Below are positions 1-8,907 of a stretch of DNA of 64,000 nt, piece by piece. Under the pieces are notes generated by a model that was not told the DNA's origin, did not search any database, and worked only from the letters and a program-made list of their open reading frames with translations. Location: positions 576,001 to 640,000 of the forward strand of contig CAWEPZ010000002.1 of NCBI GenBank assembly GCA_963811105.1, given 5' to 3'. The stretch comes from Candidatus Bathyarchaeota archaeon (lineage in GTDB: Archaea > Thermoproteota > Bathyarchaeia > Bathyarchaeales > Bathycorpusculaceae). The translations under genes and the position numbers were made by a program. Within the stretch, counting starts at the first letter, position 1. Each line of letters begins with the position of its first letter.

Positions 1-1
1 G

Positions 2-517
2 CAAGAATATCTCAAAGCACTATTGATTTTGCATGATAAACTTGGAGACAAGACTATCAAGTGGGTCCTGACTGGCGACTTGGCGGAAAGTTTAAGAGTA
101 GTTAAAGTTGAACCTAACTGCATAGAAATTGTAACTTCAGAAGATGACGCGCAACGAATTTTACCAGCAGTTCAAGAATTTGCTCCGACCCCAATAACTT
201 TTCAAACCCAGAAACTCTCGAGAAACGCCTTAATTCAGGGAAAAGAGTATCCAGTATACATTAGAAGCTACTTTTTCAACTTTAACCTAAATTCGGTCAA
301 AGTCAAGGTTCAAGGCGACTTGCAGTACAAAGTCGGACACTGGGACTGGGGTGACATTTTCGATTTTACTCCTGACTACGTTAGTGTTGTTGGAAAAAGA
401 ATCGCAGTGACACCTCTCTCAATCGCAACTGAACTTTACCAATCTCTAGGGTGGGTTGACAGAGTGGATAAAATAAAAGAAGTAACTCAAAAATCGCGAG
501 TTCCAAGGCCATCTTAG
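2..517 (+). CDS. Hypothetical protein, possibly nucleotidyltransferase-like fold; 5' end probably outside the window
   Basis: Frame open from the window edge; the W-x-L-T-G...IEI pattern loosely resembles archaeal NTase-like proteins. Confidence 0.5.
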   Translation, partial: QEYLKALLILHDKLGDKTIKWVLTGDLAESLRVVKVEPNCIEIVTSEDDAQRILPAVQEFAPTPITFQTQKLSRNALIQGKEYPVYIRSYFFNFNLNSVKVKVQGDLQYKVGHWDWGDIFDFTPDYVSVVGKRIAVTPLSIATELYQSLGWVDRVDKIKEVTQKSRVPRPS

Positions 518-523
518 AACAAA

Positions 524-1390
524 TTAAATTAAGATTATTTTATCAACAATTAACCCTATCATCAAACACGCTAAATAAGGCATTGAGGCAACAAATACCT
601 TGAATCCGTTCGCCTCAGACGTTCCGGCTATCAATCCTCTATTTTGAAACAAAAATAAAGATCCAGCCACCACAGCAAAAAACAAAAAAACGGTGCCTGT
701 CAGTTGCGAAAGCGGAAACAGAAAAGCGGAAGCAACCGTCAAAACATTCAGCCCAAAAACAACATACGAAGACCTAACTATGCCAATCCTAACGGGCAAC
801 ATTGGAACTCCAGCATGTTTGTACTCTTTCATTTTTTTGATGGCTAACCCCCAGAGATGTCCAGGAGTCCAAAGAAAATCAAACATTGCAACGAGCAGGG
901 GCATTAAACTCAGAGTATTCACGGCAGCTGTCCAGCCTGAAAGAGCTGCGAAACAGCCAGCAAAGCCTCCAATAACTACATTCCAGGAGCTGATGCGTTT
1001 AAGCCAAACCGTGTACACATAGAGGTAAAATGCTGTTCCAAGAGCAATCATTAAAGCGGTTAATGGGTTAAGAAGAAAGAAGGCTAAGCCAAGGGATGAT
1101 CCAATCATAATTGTTCCAAATACTATCGCCTTATTAGACTTGACATGTCCAGATGGAATTGCCCTTCTTGATGTTCGCGCCATCAACTTGTCAATATCTT
1201 GATCGTAAACACTATTTATGACACCACAACCGCCCGCCGCCAAATAGCCAATCACAACAAACACTGCCAGCTTAAGCCAATCAACAGTTGGAAACCCTGC
1301 AACCACGAAACAGGTGACGCCTACCAGTAGGTTTAAGAGAGTAACCTTAGGCTTTGTAAGTTCGAGATATTTGCTTGTTTTTTGGGGCAT
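524..1390 (-). CDS. ctaB: Protoheme IX farnesyltransferase (heme O synthase)
   Basis: LTKPKV, N-x-x-x-D-x-D-I-D-x-x-M-x-RT-x-x-R and WTPGHLW motifs; multi-TM; last gene of the cox operon. Confidence 0.95.
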   Translation of the reverse strand: MPQKTSKYLELTKPKVTLLNLLVGVTCFVVAGFPTVDWLKLAVFVVIGYLAAGGCGVINSVYDQDIDKLMARTSRRAIPSGHVKSNKAIVFGTIMIGSSLGLAFFLLNPLTALMIALGTAFYLYVYTVWLKRISSWNVVIGGFAGCFAALSGWTAAVNTLSLMPLLVAMFDFLWTPGHLWGLAIKKMKEYKHAGVPMLPVRIGIVRSSYVVFGLNVLTVASAFLFPLSQLTGTVFLFFAVVAGSLFLFQNRGLIAGTSEANGFKVFVASMPYLACLMIGLIVDKIILI

Positions 1391-1420
1391 TATGCTAAAC
1401 TCTTTTGAATATTGATACTC

Positions 1421-1957
1421 TTACATTCCCATTCCATTTTCCAGGCTTGAATTTGTGGTGATTATGACAGAGCCGTACATTCCAGCTTCAGCGTGTCCTG
1501 AAATTGGACAGATGTAGTAAAATGTTGAACCAGCGTTGTTGGGTGTAAAAATCACTGAGCCTTTTTGGTTTGGCTGAACCGGATCGGTGGCTGAACCGAT
1601 TTGAGCGTTGAAAAGCACCTTGGCTCCTGTTCTCGGTGCATTGGTAACTGCAAAAGCGTAAGGCATTTTTCCAATGTTAACTACGGTTATGTTAACCACA
1701 TCAGATGTTTTGAATCGAAGTGTGGGTCCGGGTGAAGCCAAAGTATTTGGCGATTCGCCGAAACCATATTGATTTCCTGATATTTCTCCCTCATAAAGTA
1801 CAATGTTTATTGTTGGAGTTTTGTTTGAAGCGATAGAAATTGCAGTTAACGGGAGTTGGGCATCAAATACAAACACAGTCATTGCCGCAAAGTAAAAAAT
1901 TGCCGCAAGCCCTATGATCCCAATAATTGTTAAGTTTGTTTTGCGCGTTTTGTTTAC
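1421..1957 (-). CDS. Membrane-anchored cupredoxin (rusticyanin/sulfocyanin-like)
   Basis: C-terminal YYICPISGHAEAGM (C-x4-H-x4-M); paralog of 5370..5840. The frame extends upstream of the ATG at 1882 through a hydrophobic anchor to a GTA at 1957 that overlaps the coxD stop; start uncertain. Confidence 0.85.
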   Translation of the reverse strand, partial: VNKTRKTNLTIIGIIGLAAIFYFAAMTVFVFDAQLPLTAISIASNKTPTINIVLYEGEISGNQYGFGESPNTLASPGPTLRFKTSDVVNITVVNIGKMPYAFAVTNAPRTGAKVLFNAQIGSATDPVQPNQKGSVIFTPNNAGSTFYYICPISGHAEAGMYGSVIITTNSSLENGMGM

Positions 1958-2223
1958 ATCCCCATTGTGATAGTCAATGCGGCAGAAACCCCAAGGAAAA
2001 CAACGCCTATAATGGCAGCTAAGGGTAGAGTAGCAAGTCTAATTCCGTCATAACGTAGGTGCTGATAGTACAGCGCTATAGCCATTGCTTTCGCTGAGGC
2101 AATTAGGCTGATCACAAGCACGATAAAGGATGTTGATCCAGGCAGAGATCGGACTACTACCTCCATTACAGTAGCTAACACTAGTCCAAGCCAGATTCCG
2201 ATATAGATTTTAATTCCAGGCAT
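1954..2223 (-). CDS. coxD: Heme-copper oxidase subunit IV
   Basis: 3-TM protein with KA-x-x-IALYYQHLRY motif, directly after subunit III; ATG 2223 follows an AGGTGA SD. Confidence 0.85.
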   Translation of the reverse strand: MPGIKIYIGIWLGLVLATVMEVVVRSLPGSTSFIVLVISLIASAKAMAIALYYQHLRYDGIRLATLPLAAIIGVVFLGVSAALTITMGM

Positions 2224-2235
2224 ACTTTTTTTCAC

Positions 2236-3009
2236 CTAAATTAAGTAGAAGAGCGGAAAGAGGAACATCCAAACGATATCAACAAAGTGCCAATAGACAC
2301 CGATGTTTTCTACTGCAATGTGTTTCGTGCTCGTAAATCCTCCGCCAAATGCCCTAAACATAAGATATCCAACTGCCACTAAGCCCACAGCTACGTGTAC
2401 TGCATGAATGCCAGTTAACACATAGTAACTAGAGGCAGGCAAACCGCTGTTTATTGTGAATCCATTGCGGACAAGAGTGGGCCATTCAACTCCAAGCTTA
2501 ATTCCTAGGAAAGCGAAGCCTAACGCAAATGTTGTTACTAAACAAATTTTTAGTCCTTTCACGTTGCCTTCCCTTATCGAGTAAAGTGCTAGAATCATTG
2601 CCAAACTGCTTGTAAGCAAGATAATCGTGTTCGTCATTCCAAGTAGCATGTTATGGGTTTGCGTTGCTATAGGCCAAGAACCGCTATTTATTCGAACGTA
2701 AACGTAGGCAATAATAAGCGACCCAAAAATCAAGATTTCTGATGCAAGAAAAACCCATAATCCAAGTTTCTCCTTGCTTACTGACTCAAGAGGAAATTTT
2801 TCTTCCGCAGTTTCTTTGGATCCGGCGAACTTTTCCTCAGCGCCGTCTTTGAACACTTTAATCAGCGCTGCGGATATGATGATTAGTCCAGCTACGAGAA
2901 GCGGAATATAGATTGCAAGTCCCAGCAAAAATACTGCGACTCCTGCCGCAATTAAAATCGGCATGTAGGAAGATTTGCTTTCCTCAGCTTTTGTATTTTC
3001 ATCTTTCAT
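2236..3009 (-). CDS. coxC: Heme-copper oxidase subunit III
   Basis: LGLWVFLASE, TGIHAVHV, YWHFVDIVW motifs; likely start ATG 3009. Confidence 0.93.
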   Translation of the reverse strand: MKDENTKAEESKSSYMPILIAAGVAVFLLGLAIYIPLLVAGLIIISAALIKVFKDGAEEKFAGSKETAEEKFPLESVSKEKLGLWVFLASEILIFGSLIIAYVYVRINSGSWPIATQTHNMLLGMTNTIILLTSSLAMILALYSIREGNVKGLKICLVTTFALGFAFLGIKLGVEWPTLVRNGFTINSGLPASSYYVLTGIHAVHVAVGLVAVGYLMFRAFGGGFTSTKHIAVENIGVYWHFVDIVWMFLFPLFYLI

Positions 3010-3010
3010 A

Positions 3011-4621
3011 TTATGATACCTTCTCGGGAGCTTTGGTTCCCTCAATTGTTTCTGACGAGTCAGTCGCATCCGCTGTGTCGGATGTCTTTATCATAGACTC
3101 GGGTGACGATTCTGATCCGCTATAGTTGCCTGTCCACTCCATTTCTTTTGCGTCCCATGGGTTTGGTTCGGAAGGTTCATTTTTTCTATAACTTATAAGA
3201 AGGTTTAGAATGGTTAGTAAGACGGCTGGTCCGAACACATAAGCCCCTATTGTTGCATCAAGATTCAAGGATGCCCATCCTGAAAGCACAGGGTAAGTTG
3301 AAATTCTTCTGGGCATATTCAGAAGGAAAAAGTAGGGCATATAGAGTACATTGAATCCAATGAACGAAATTGCAAAGGTGACTTTGCCGAATTTTTCGTT
3401 GTATTTTCTTTTGGTTATTTTTGGCCACCAATAATAGAGCCCGGCCAAAAGCGCGAACAATGCAGTTCCAGCCATGACATAGTGAAAGTGGCCTACCACC
3501 CAGTATGTTCCTCGGAAAGCGAAGTCTAAAACTGGAAAAGCTTGCAAGACCCCGGTAACTCCGCCAAGGGTGACAGTAAATATTGACGCTAAACAAAATA
3601 GCATCGGCGTTGTCAGCTTTATTCTGCCTTTATAAAGTGTTAACACCAAGCCAAGAACTAGCCCTTCAAAAGGTATGGAAATAGCCAAAGTCGTAACCGA
3701 GAATGCTTGCAAAACATCGTAGTTTACTCCTGTTGTGAACATATGGTGCATCCAAACTCCCAAGCTCAGAAAGGTCACTGCGGCAAACTCTATAATGAAA
3801 ATTTTTCTCTGGAATAATGGTTTCTTGGCAAATGTCATAAAAACTTCGGCAATTATGCCCAAAGAAGGAAAAACAACAATGTAGACTTCTGGGTGTCCAA
3901 AGAACCAGAAGAGCTCGTCCCACAAAATGCTTCCTCCCTGTGTAGAACTGAAGAAGACGGTGCCTAGGATTCGGTCCGTTGTTAGCAACACCAACCCTGC
4001 TGCTAATGGGGGAAACGCAAAAAGCGCCAGCGCCATAGTCATTAGAATGGACCAAGTAAAGATTGGTAGACGCGTCCACGTTACACCTTTAGCCCTGTTT
4101 TTCACGACCGTCGTGATAAAGTTAATTGAGGACATTGTGGCTGAGACAGCAAATAATGCTAATGCCAATATGGCAAGAGTTGCTCCTGCTTGAGGTGTGA
4201 ATTGTATGGTGTTTAGAGGCGCATAAAGTGTCCAACCTGTATTTGGTCCACCTCCAGGGAGAAAAACTGTTCCAACAAGAAGTACACCGCTGAAGAGGTA
4301 CATCCAGTAGCTTGTAGCGTTTAAACGTGGAAATGCCAAGTCTTTTGCACCTATCTGAAGTGGCACAATGTAGTTAGCTATTCCAAAACCAAGAGCTGAA
4401 AGAACCCAGAGAATCATTAAAAGCCCATGCAAGGTTACGACCTGATCATAAGCGAAAGGATCAAGAAGAGTTCCGTTTGGCACCGCGAGTTGTGTTCTTA
4501 TAAGTTCGCCAAACGAGCCTGCCACGATTAGAAAAAACACGGCTGTTATTATGTAGAGTATGCCTACTCGCTTGTGATTGGTTGTTGTTAACCAGTTTTT
4601 GATGGAGTCTCCGCGGTACAA
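3011..4621 (-). CDS. coxA: Heme-copper oxidase subunit I, A1-type signature
   Basis: HKRVG, TLHG, DLAFPRLN, GHPEVY, WMHH, GHFHY, MPRR; TTG start at 4621 after AGGAGG. Confidence 0.97.
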   Translation of the reverse strand: MYRGDSIKNWLTTTNHKRVGILYIITAVFFLIVAGSFGELIRTQLAVPNGTLLDPFAYDQVVTLHGLLMILWVLSALGFGIANYIVPLQIGAKDLAFPRLNATSYWMYLFSGVLLVGTVFLPGGGPNTGWTLYAPLNTIQFTPQAGATLAILALALFAVSATMSSINFITTVVKNRAKGVTWTRLPIFTWSILMTMALALFAFPPLAAGLVLLTTDRILGTVFFSSTQGGSILWDELFWFFGHPEVYIVVFPSLGIIAEVFMTFAKKPLFQRKIFIIEFAAVTFLSLGVWMHHMFTTGVNYDVLQAFSVTTLAISIPFEGLVLGLVLTLYKGRIKLTTPMLFCLASIFTVTLGGVTGVLQAFPVLDFAFRGTYWVVGHFHYVMAGTALFALLAGLYYWWPKITKRKYNEKFGKVTFAISFIGFNVLYMPYFFLLNMPRRISTYPVLSGWASLNLDATIGAYVFGPAVLLTILNLLISYRKNEPSEPNPWDAKEMEWTGNYSGSESSPESMIKTSDTADATDSSETIEGTKAPEKVS

Positions 4622-4625
4622 GTTT

Positions 4626-5297
4626 TTAGCCTCCTGACTTTGTAGGGTTTGTCGCTGTCTGATTTCCAAGCCACTGGTTAAAAGCGGCTGAATCCATAAT
4701 TATAAGTGGCATATTCATGTACGTGTGACCAGCGCCACACAATTCGTAGCAGCGAATAGTATAGTTTAGTTGACTGTTTCCATTTAAGGATGGAGTTGTT
4801 ACTCCAATTACATTGTATCTGCCCGGTATGGCGTCGACTTTAACTCTGAAGTCCATTAGACCAAAATTATGCATAACGTCGCTACTTGTTACATTAAAAA
4901 TAATACTTTTGTTAGCCGGAACAGCACATTCTCTTGTAGAGTATACTCCGGTAGGATAAGTAAAATTAAAACTCCATTGGAAAGCTGTGACCTTTATAAC
5001 TAAGCTTTCTGAAACAGGTGGTGGAAACCGAGCATTGGGCGTGAGTCTGTAGGAAGCGACTGTCAAACTAAGCAAGATTATAATTGAAATTACTGCGAAA
5101 ATCACAGCTTCTCTAGCTCGATTTCTTGATAAACCGATTTGAGGAATAAATTTTGGTTGTCCTTTTCTCTCCCGATATCTTATCGCAAAGAAAACCATTG
5201 CGCCTATAACAACCGCCACTGCCAATATTGCGATAGTAACAGCTAGAGTGAAGAGATTGTTCCAATCTACAGTCGAAGAGGGCAGAGGTTGTGACAT
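4626..5297 (-). CDS. coxB: Heme-copper oxidase subunit II with CuA site
   Basis: Two TM helices, FQWSF, DVMH and CYELCGAGHTYM (complete CuA ligand set). Confidence 0.95.
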   Translation of the reverse strand: MSQPLPSSTVDWNNLFTLAVTIAILAVAVVIGAMVFFAIRYRERKGQPKFIPQIGLSRNRAREAVIFAVISIIILLSLTVASYRLTPNARFPPPVSESLVIKVTAFQWSFNFTYPTGVYSTRECAVPANKSIIFNVTSSDVMHNFGLMDFRVKVDAIPGRYNVIGVTTPSLNGNSQLNYTIRCYELCGAGHTYMNMPLIIMDSAAFNQWLGNQTATNPTKSGG

Positions 5298-5369
5298 AAA
5301 ATTGGCCTTTTCTTTTTAATCAAAACTCTGTAAGAAAATAAAAAGAAAGAGGGATTATCAAAGTCATGT

Positions 5370-5840
5370 TTATGGGGCAACCGTAACTGGACCATACATT
5401 CCTAAGCTTACGTGGCTGTCAAGTTGACATATGTAAAAATAGCTTCCCGCGCTGCCTGCTGTGAATGTTGCTGAAGCACTGCTTCCTGGTGCGACTGGAT
5501 TGCTGACTGATCCTACTTGTGCGCCGATGAAGGCTAAGTTTGTGTTTCCATCGGTTTTCTGAGCGACGATGGCCCAGTTGTGTGGAATTGTTCCAACATT
5601 GTGAAGGGTAACGGTATAGGTTTGTCCTGCGGTGAAGGTCATTGTTGGTCCAGGTGATGTTATGCTGCCGGCAGTGTTGCCAAATCCGTATGCTGGTGAG
5701 TCTGATGCGTATATGTCAACGTGTGTTCCTCCGCCTCCCCCTGTGGAAGACGGTTTATAATACACATATGCGAGGACTCCTGCTATTACTATAACTATTA
5801 CGACGACTGCTGCGATAATGTATGAAGTAGTTTTATTCAT
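5370..5840 (-). CDS. Membrane-anchored blue copper protein (cupredoxin), first gene of the cox operon
   Basis: N-terminal TM, Gly linker, PHNW and YICQLDSHVSLGM type-1 Cu ligands. Confidence 0.9.
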   Translation of the reverse strand: MNKTTSYIIAAVVVIVIVIAGVLAYVYYKPSSTGGGGGTHVDIYASDSPAYGFGNTAGSITSPGPTMTFTAGQTYTVTLHNVGTIPHNWAIVAQKTDGNTNLAFIGAQVGSVSNPVAPGSSASATFTAGSAGSYFYICQLDSHVSLGMYGPVTVAP

Positions 5841-6066
5841 TCTTCCTGTCTCCTGAATTTTACTAAATCAGTTGATTAATAATCAGAAACTTGAGGGTTT
5901 AAAGCTGTGTTGGTTGCTTCGTACAGTCACAAGTTAATAAATGGGTTGAGAAATTAATGATAATTCAACGATGGATCGCATGTACAAAACTGATTAAGTG
6001 TGATTGACAAGCACCTATCACATAAATAGAAATAGCTAGGTCGGTTCCTTTATTTTAGGAATAATC

Positions 6067-6540
6067 ATGTTTCAGTATTGGCTAAGGATTATTGCTTTGC
6101 ATGCTGGGACTCCGCCCGTTATTTCCCAAACCATAATGTCGGTAATGTTTGTTAGTTTAGGCGTTTTTTTAATGGGCATCGGATTCGGGTATCTAATAAA
6201 GACCAGAGAAAATCTGCTTCAACATCGTTGGGTCTTGTCGGCGGTTGTCGCTTTATCTTTAGGCGCGATTTTTTTTGGGATGCTTCCTTCGTTTATCCGA
6301 TATTACGGCGATACTGATGTTGAGTTTTATTCTGCGCTCTCAGGGACAACGTTACTTCATGCCATTATTGGCGCCCCCGCAATCATTACAGCAACATATT
6401 ACGTGTTTGGTATATTGCCCAAGAAGAATTTGAAGAAGTGGATGAGATGGACCGCAGTTCTCTGGATAGCCAGCATTGTTTTAGGCATTGTTTTGTTCCT
6501 TCAGATGTTCAATTTGTTGCCTTCGATGCCAGGTATGTAG
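6067..6540 (+). CDS. DUF420/CtaM-like 4-TM protein
   Basis: HRW in TM2 and LHA in TM3; paralog of 6744..7184; divergent from the cox operon. Confidence 0.65.
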   Translation: MFQYWLRIIALHAGTPPVISQTIMSVMFVSLGVFLMGIGFGYLIKTRENLLQHRWVLSAVVALSLGAIFFGMLPSFIRYYGDTDVEFYSALSGTTLLHAIIGAPAIITATYYVFGILPKKNLKKWMRWTAVLWIASIVLGIVLFLQMFNLLPSMPGM

Positions 6541-6546
6541 AGTACG

Positions 6547-6696
6547 ATGAAAGGAAAGTTGAATAGAGGTCAAAATGTATCAACGGAAAATGACTCAAAA
6601 CGCAAAGACGCAATAAAATTGTTGTTGACTGGGGCAATCGTAGCCACAGTGGCGATTGTAATTGGCTTAATTATTGTTATTCATTTTGGCTTCTAA
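6547..6696 (+). CDS. Small single-TM protein, 49 aa (not in ORF track)
   Basis: MKGKLNRGQNVSTENDSKRKDAIKLLLTGAIVATVAIVIGLIIVIHFGF; starts 6 nt after the previous stop. Confidence 0.6.
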   Translation: MKGKLNRGQNVSTENDSKRKDAIKLLLTGAIVATVAIVIGLIIVIHFGF

Positions 6697-6743
6697 CGTT
6701 CGCAAAGAAGAATATTTATTAGAAATTAAGACCTAAGTAATGT

Positions 6744-7184
6744 TTGGTTTTCAGCTTGTTTGCTAATTTAATTTTGATCGTTTCTCAAACTGCCTTAGCG
6801 CTAATGTTGGTTGTTTTAGGCGTGCTTTTTATAGGGATAAGTTACGGCGTTCTGACAAAAAGCAAAGAACGCCTTCTGCTGCATAGATGGAGCATGTCCG
6901 TAGCAATTGTTCTGGCTTGTGGGGCGATTTTGTTGGTCATGCTGCCTTCAGCTTTTAACTTTTACATCGACCCTAGCCTTCAATTTTTCTCTTCTTTATC
7001 AATTATTATTTTTATCCATGCAGTAGTCGGAGCCCCCGCCATCACAATAGGCTTAATTTATGCTCTCGGCGATTTGCCTCAAAAAGTTAAGCAATGGATG
7101 CGTTTGGCAGCAATCTTTTGGGCAATTAGCCTAGGTTTAGGATTATTTGTATTTTTAGAAATGATGGGATTCTTACCCTTTTGA
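6744..7184 (+). CDS. DUF420/CtaM-like 4-TM protein (paralog)
   Basis: LLLHRW, MLPS, IHAVVGAPAI, WMR shared with 6067..6540. Confidence 0.65.
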   Translation: MVFSLFANLILIVSQTALALMLVVLGVLFIGISYGVLTKSKERLLLHRWSMSVAIVLACGAILLVMLPSAFNFYIDPSLQFFSSLSIIIFIHAVVGAPAITIGLIYALGDLPQKVKQWMRLAAIFWAISLGLGLFVFLEMMGFLPF

Positions 7185-7203
7185 AAGCGCCGTCCGCTCT
7201 CTG

Positions 7204-8763
7204 CTATTTTTTGTGGAACTTCGGAATCTCCTTAGAAATCAGCAGTTCATCTATTCGCAGCAAAAGAGATGAAATCTCATAAGCCCTTCTAATTATTGAG
7301 CGTTTTATTCTAGCTGGTTCCAAGCATACCGTGTCGCAGCAGCTTTCCTCGCTTACTCCGTAACTGCATAGTCCACTCGAATGATGTTTTTTTAATTGTA
7401 GCAAGACATCTGTCGGGTTTAATCCATAATTTTCCGCAAGACACCTTGGGATATCCATCAAAGCAGTGCCAAACGATTCAATTGCAACCTGTTCTCGACT
7501 TGGAAACTTTTTGGCGTAAGATTTTAGTTCTTGCGCTATGTGAGCTTCAACTGCTCCGCTGCCTGGCAAAACTCGGTTATCTTCATTCATTATTTTTAGA
7601 ACTGTCATGCTGTTACGGATAGCGGTTTCCAATTCGTCGATTGCTTGCGGTGTGCTTCCTCTAAGCATAAAGGTTGCGCCTTTGCAGCCTTGAATTGTTA
7701 CCATTTTTTCAAGCTCTATCCTGCCTGTATAAAGTTCTTCTGCAGAGCCTAAGTCTTCTTTCGTAAGTTCCTCTAGTTTCCCAACAATTCTAGCCCCCGT
7801 AGCTCTAGCAACTGCCTCAGTATCCTTCTTGTCAACTTTTTCAAGCGCAAAAATGCCTCGCGAAAGCAGCTTATCTTTCAAGGTTCCATCGATTGGCTGT
7901 TCGCATATCAAAACGTTAGCTTTAAGTTCAATTAACTTGTCTAGGGAGTCTATTCTAATTTTGTTCTCAGCTTCACGGTATTTCCTGAGTTGTTCAGGGC
8001 TTTTTACGTTTAATTTGATTTGGTTTGGTCCTTCACCCTTCATCTTGATTTCTAATCGGTTTATCCCTGGTCTTTGGCTATTGATTGCTATGCGCAAGTT
8101 TTTCAGCTTGTCTGGCATATTTGGGTGAGCTTTTTCTTTCTTTATTACAATTCCTTTGATTAGGTTTGATTCTTGGATGCTGCCCCGAAGGTTCTTCAAA
8201 AATCTCAAGTTATCCTTCTCGAATTTGCCGTCTGAAATCGCCAGCTGGTATGCTTCCATTATCATCGAGCGCATGTTAGGCATCAAAAGTTTTCTTCCAC
8301 AATCAACTATGTCTAAAACATCGATGTTTAGGCTTCCGTAGGCTTTGGCTTGCTGGTCTATTACTTCCAGCGCTTTGTTTGTTGCCAAATAGTAACCGTG
8401 AATAATGGTGTTAGCATGAATCCCCATAGCTAAGAGTTCATCTGCTTTCTTTAGTAAGGCTGACAAGAAAACGACAAAAGTTGCTACCCCGTCGCCTGCT
8501 TCGTTTCGCTGCATCTTGGCAGACTCAGAAATCATAACGGCAGGTGGATACTGAATTGCAAGCTCGTCTAAGATTGCAATCGCGTCTTTGGTGATTTTAA
8601 CAACTTGCTCTGGACCCCTATTGTAAGCTACAAGTTTGTATGCTCCTTGAGGACCGAGTGTGCTTCGGATTTTGTCGGCTGCAAAAATGGCTAAGCGCAG
8701 ATTTTCCCGCCATACATCTTTTCCGGTTGTGCGCTTGTAGTTTTTGGAGATAATGCTTTCCAT
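7204..8763 (-). CDS. Divergent group II chaperonin (thermosome-like)
   Basis: STLGPQG, AGDGVAT, HPNMP, VARATGARIV, LAENYGL, LLRIDE; likely start ATG 8763. Confidence 0.88.
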   Translation of the reverse strand: MESIISKNYKRTTGKDVWRENLRLAIFAADKIRSTLGPQGAYKLVAYNRGPEQVVKITKDAIAILDELAIQYPPAVMISESAKMQRNEAGDGVATFVVFLSALLKKADELLAMGIHANTIIHGYYLATNKALEVIDQQAKAYGSLNIDVLDIVDCGRKLLMPNMRSMIMEAYQLAISDGKFEKDNLRFLKNLRGSIQESNLIKGIVIKKEKAHPNMPDKLKNLRIAINSQRPGINRLEIKMKGEGPNQIKLNVKSPEQLRKYREAENKIRIDSLDKLIELKANVLICEQPIDGTLKDKLLSRGIFALEKVDKKDTEAVARATGARIVGKLEELTKEDLGSAEELYTGRIELEKMVTIQGCKGATFMLRGSTPQAIDELETAIRNSMTVLKIMNEDNRVLPGSGAVEAHIAQELKSYAKKFPSREQVAIESFGTALMDIPRCLAENYGLNPTDVLLQLKKHHSSGLCSYGVSEESCCDTVCLEPARIKRSIIRRAYEISSLLLRIDELLISKEIPKFHKK

Positions 8764-8907
8764 CGTTATCCTTCTGTGGTAGTTAATGGCAGAATGCGAA
8801 AGCTTCCGCAAGTCTGCGCATACTTGCTTAGCACCTATTGCTCTTAAAACTAAGTGACTGTAACAACACAACAACAAATATAGAAAACTTTGCACTAAAG
8901 CAACGGG

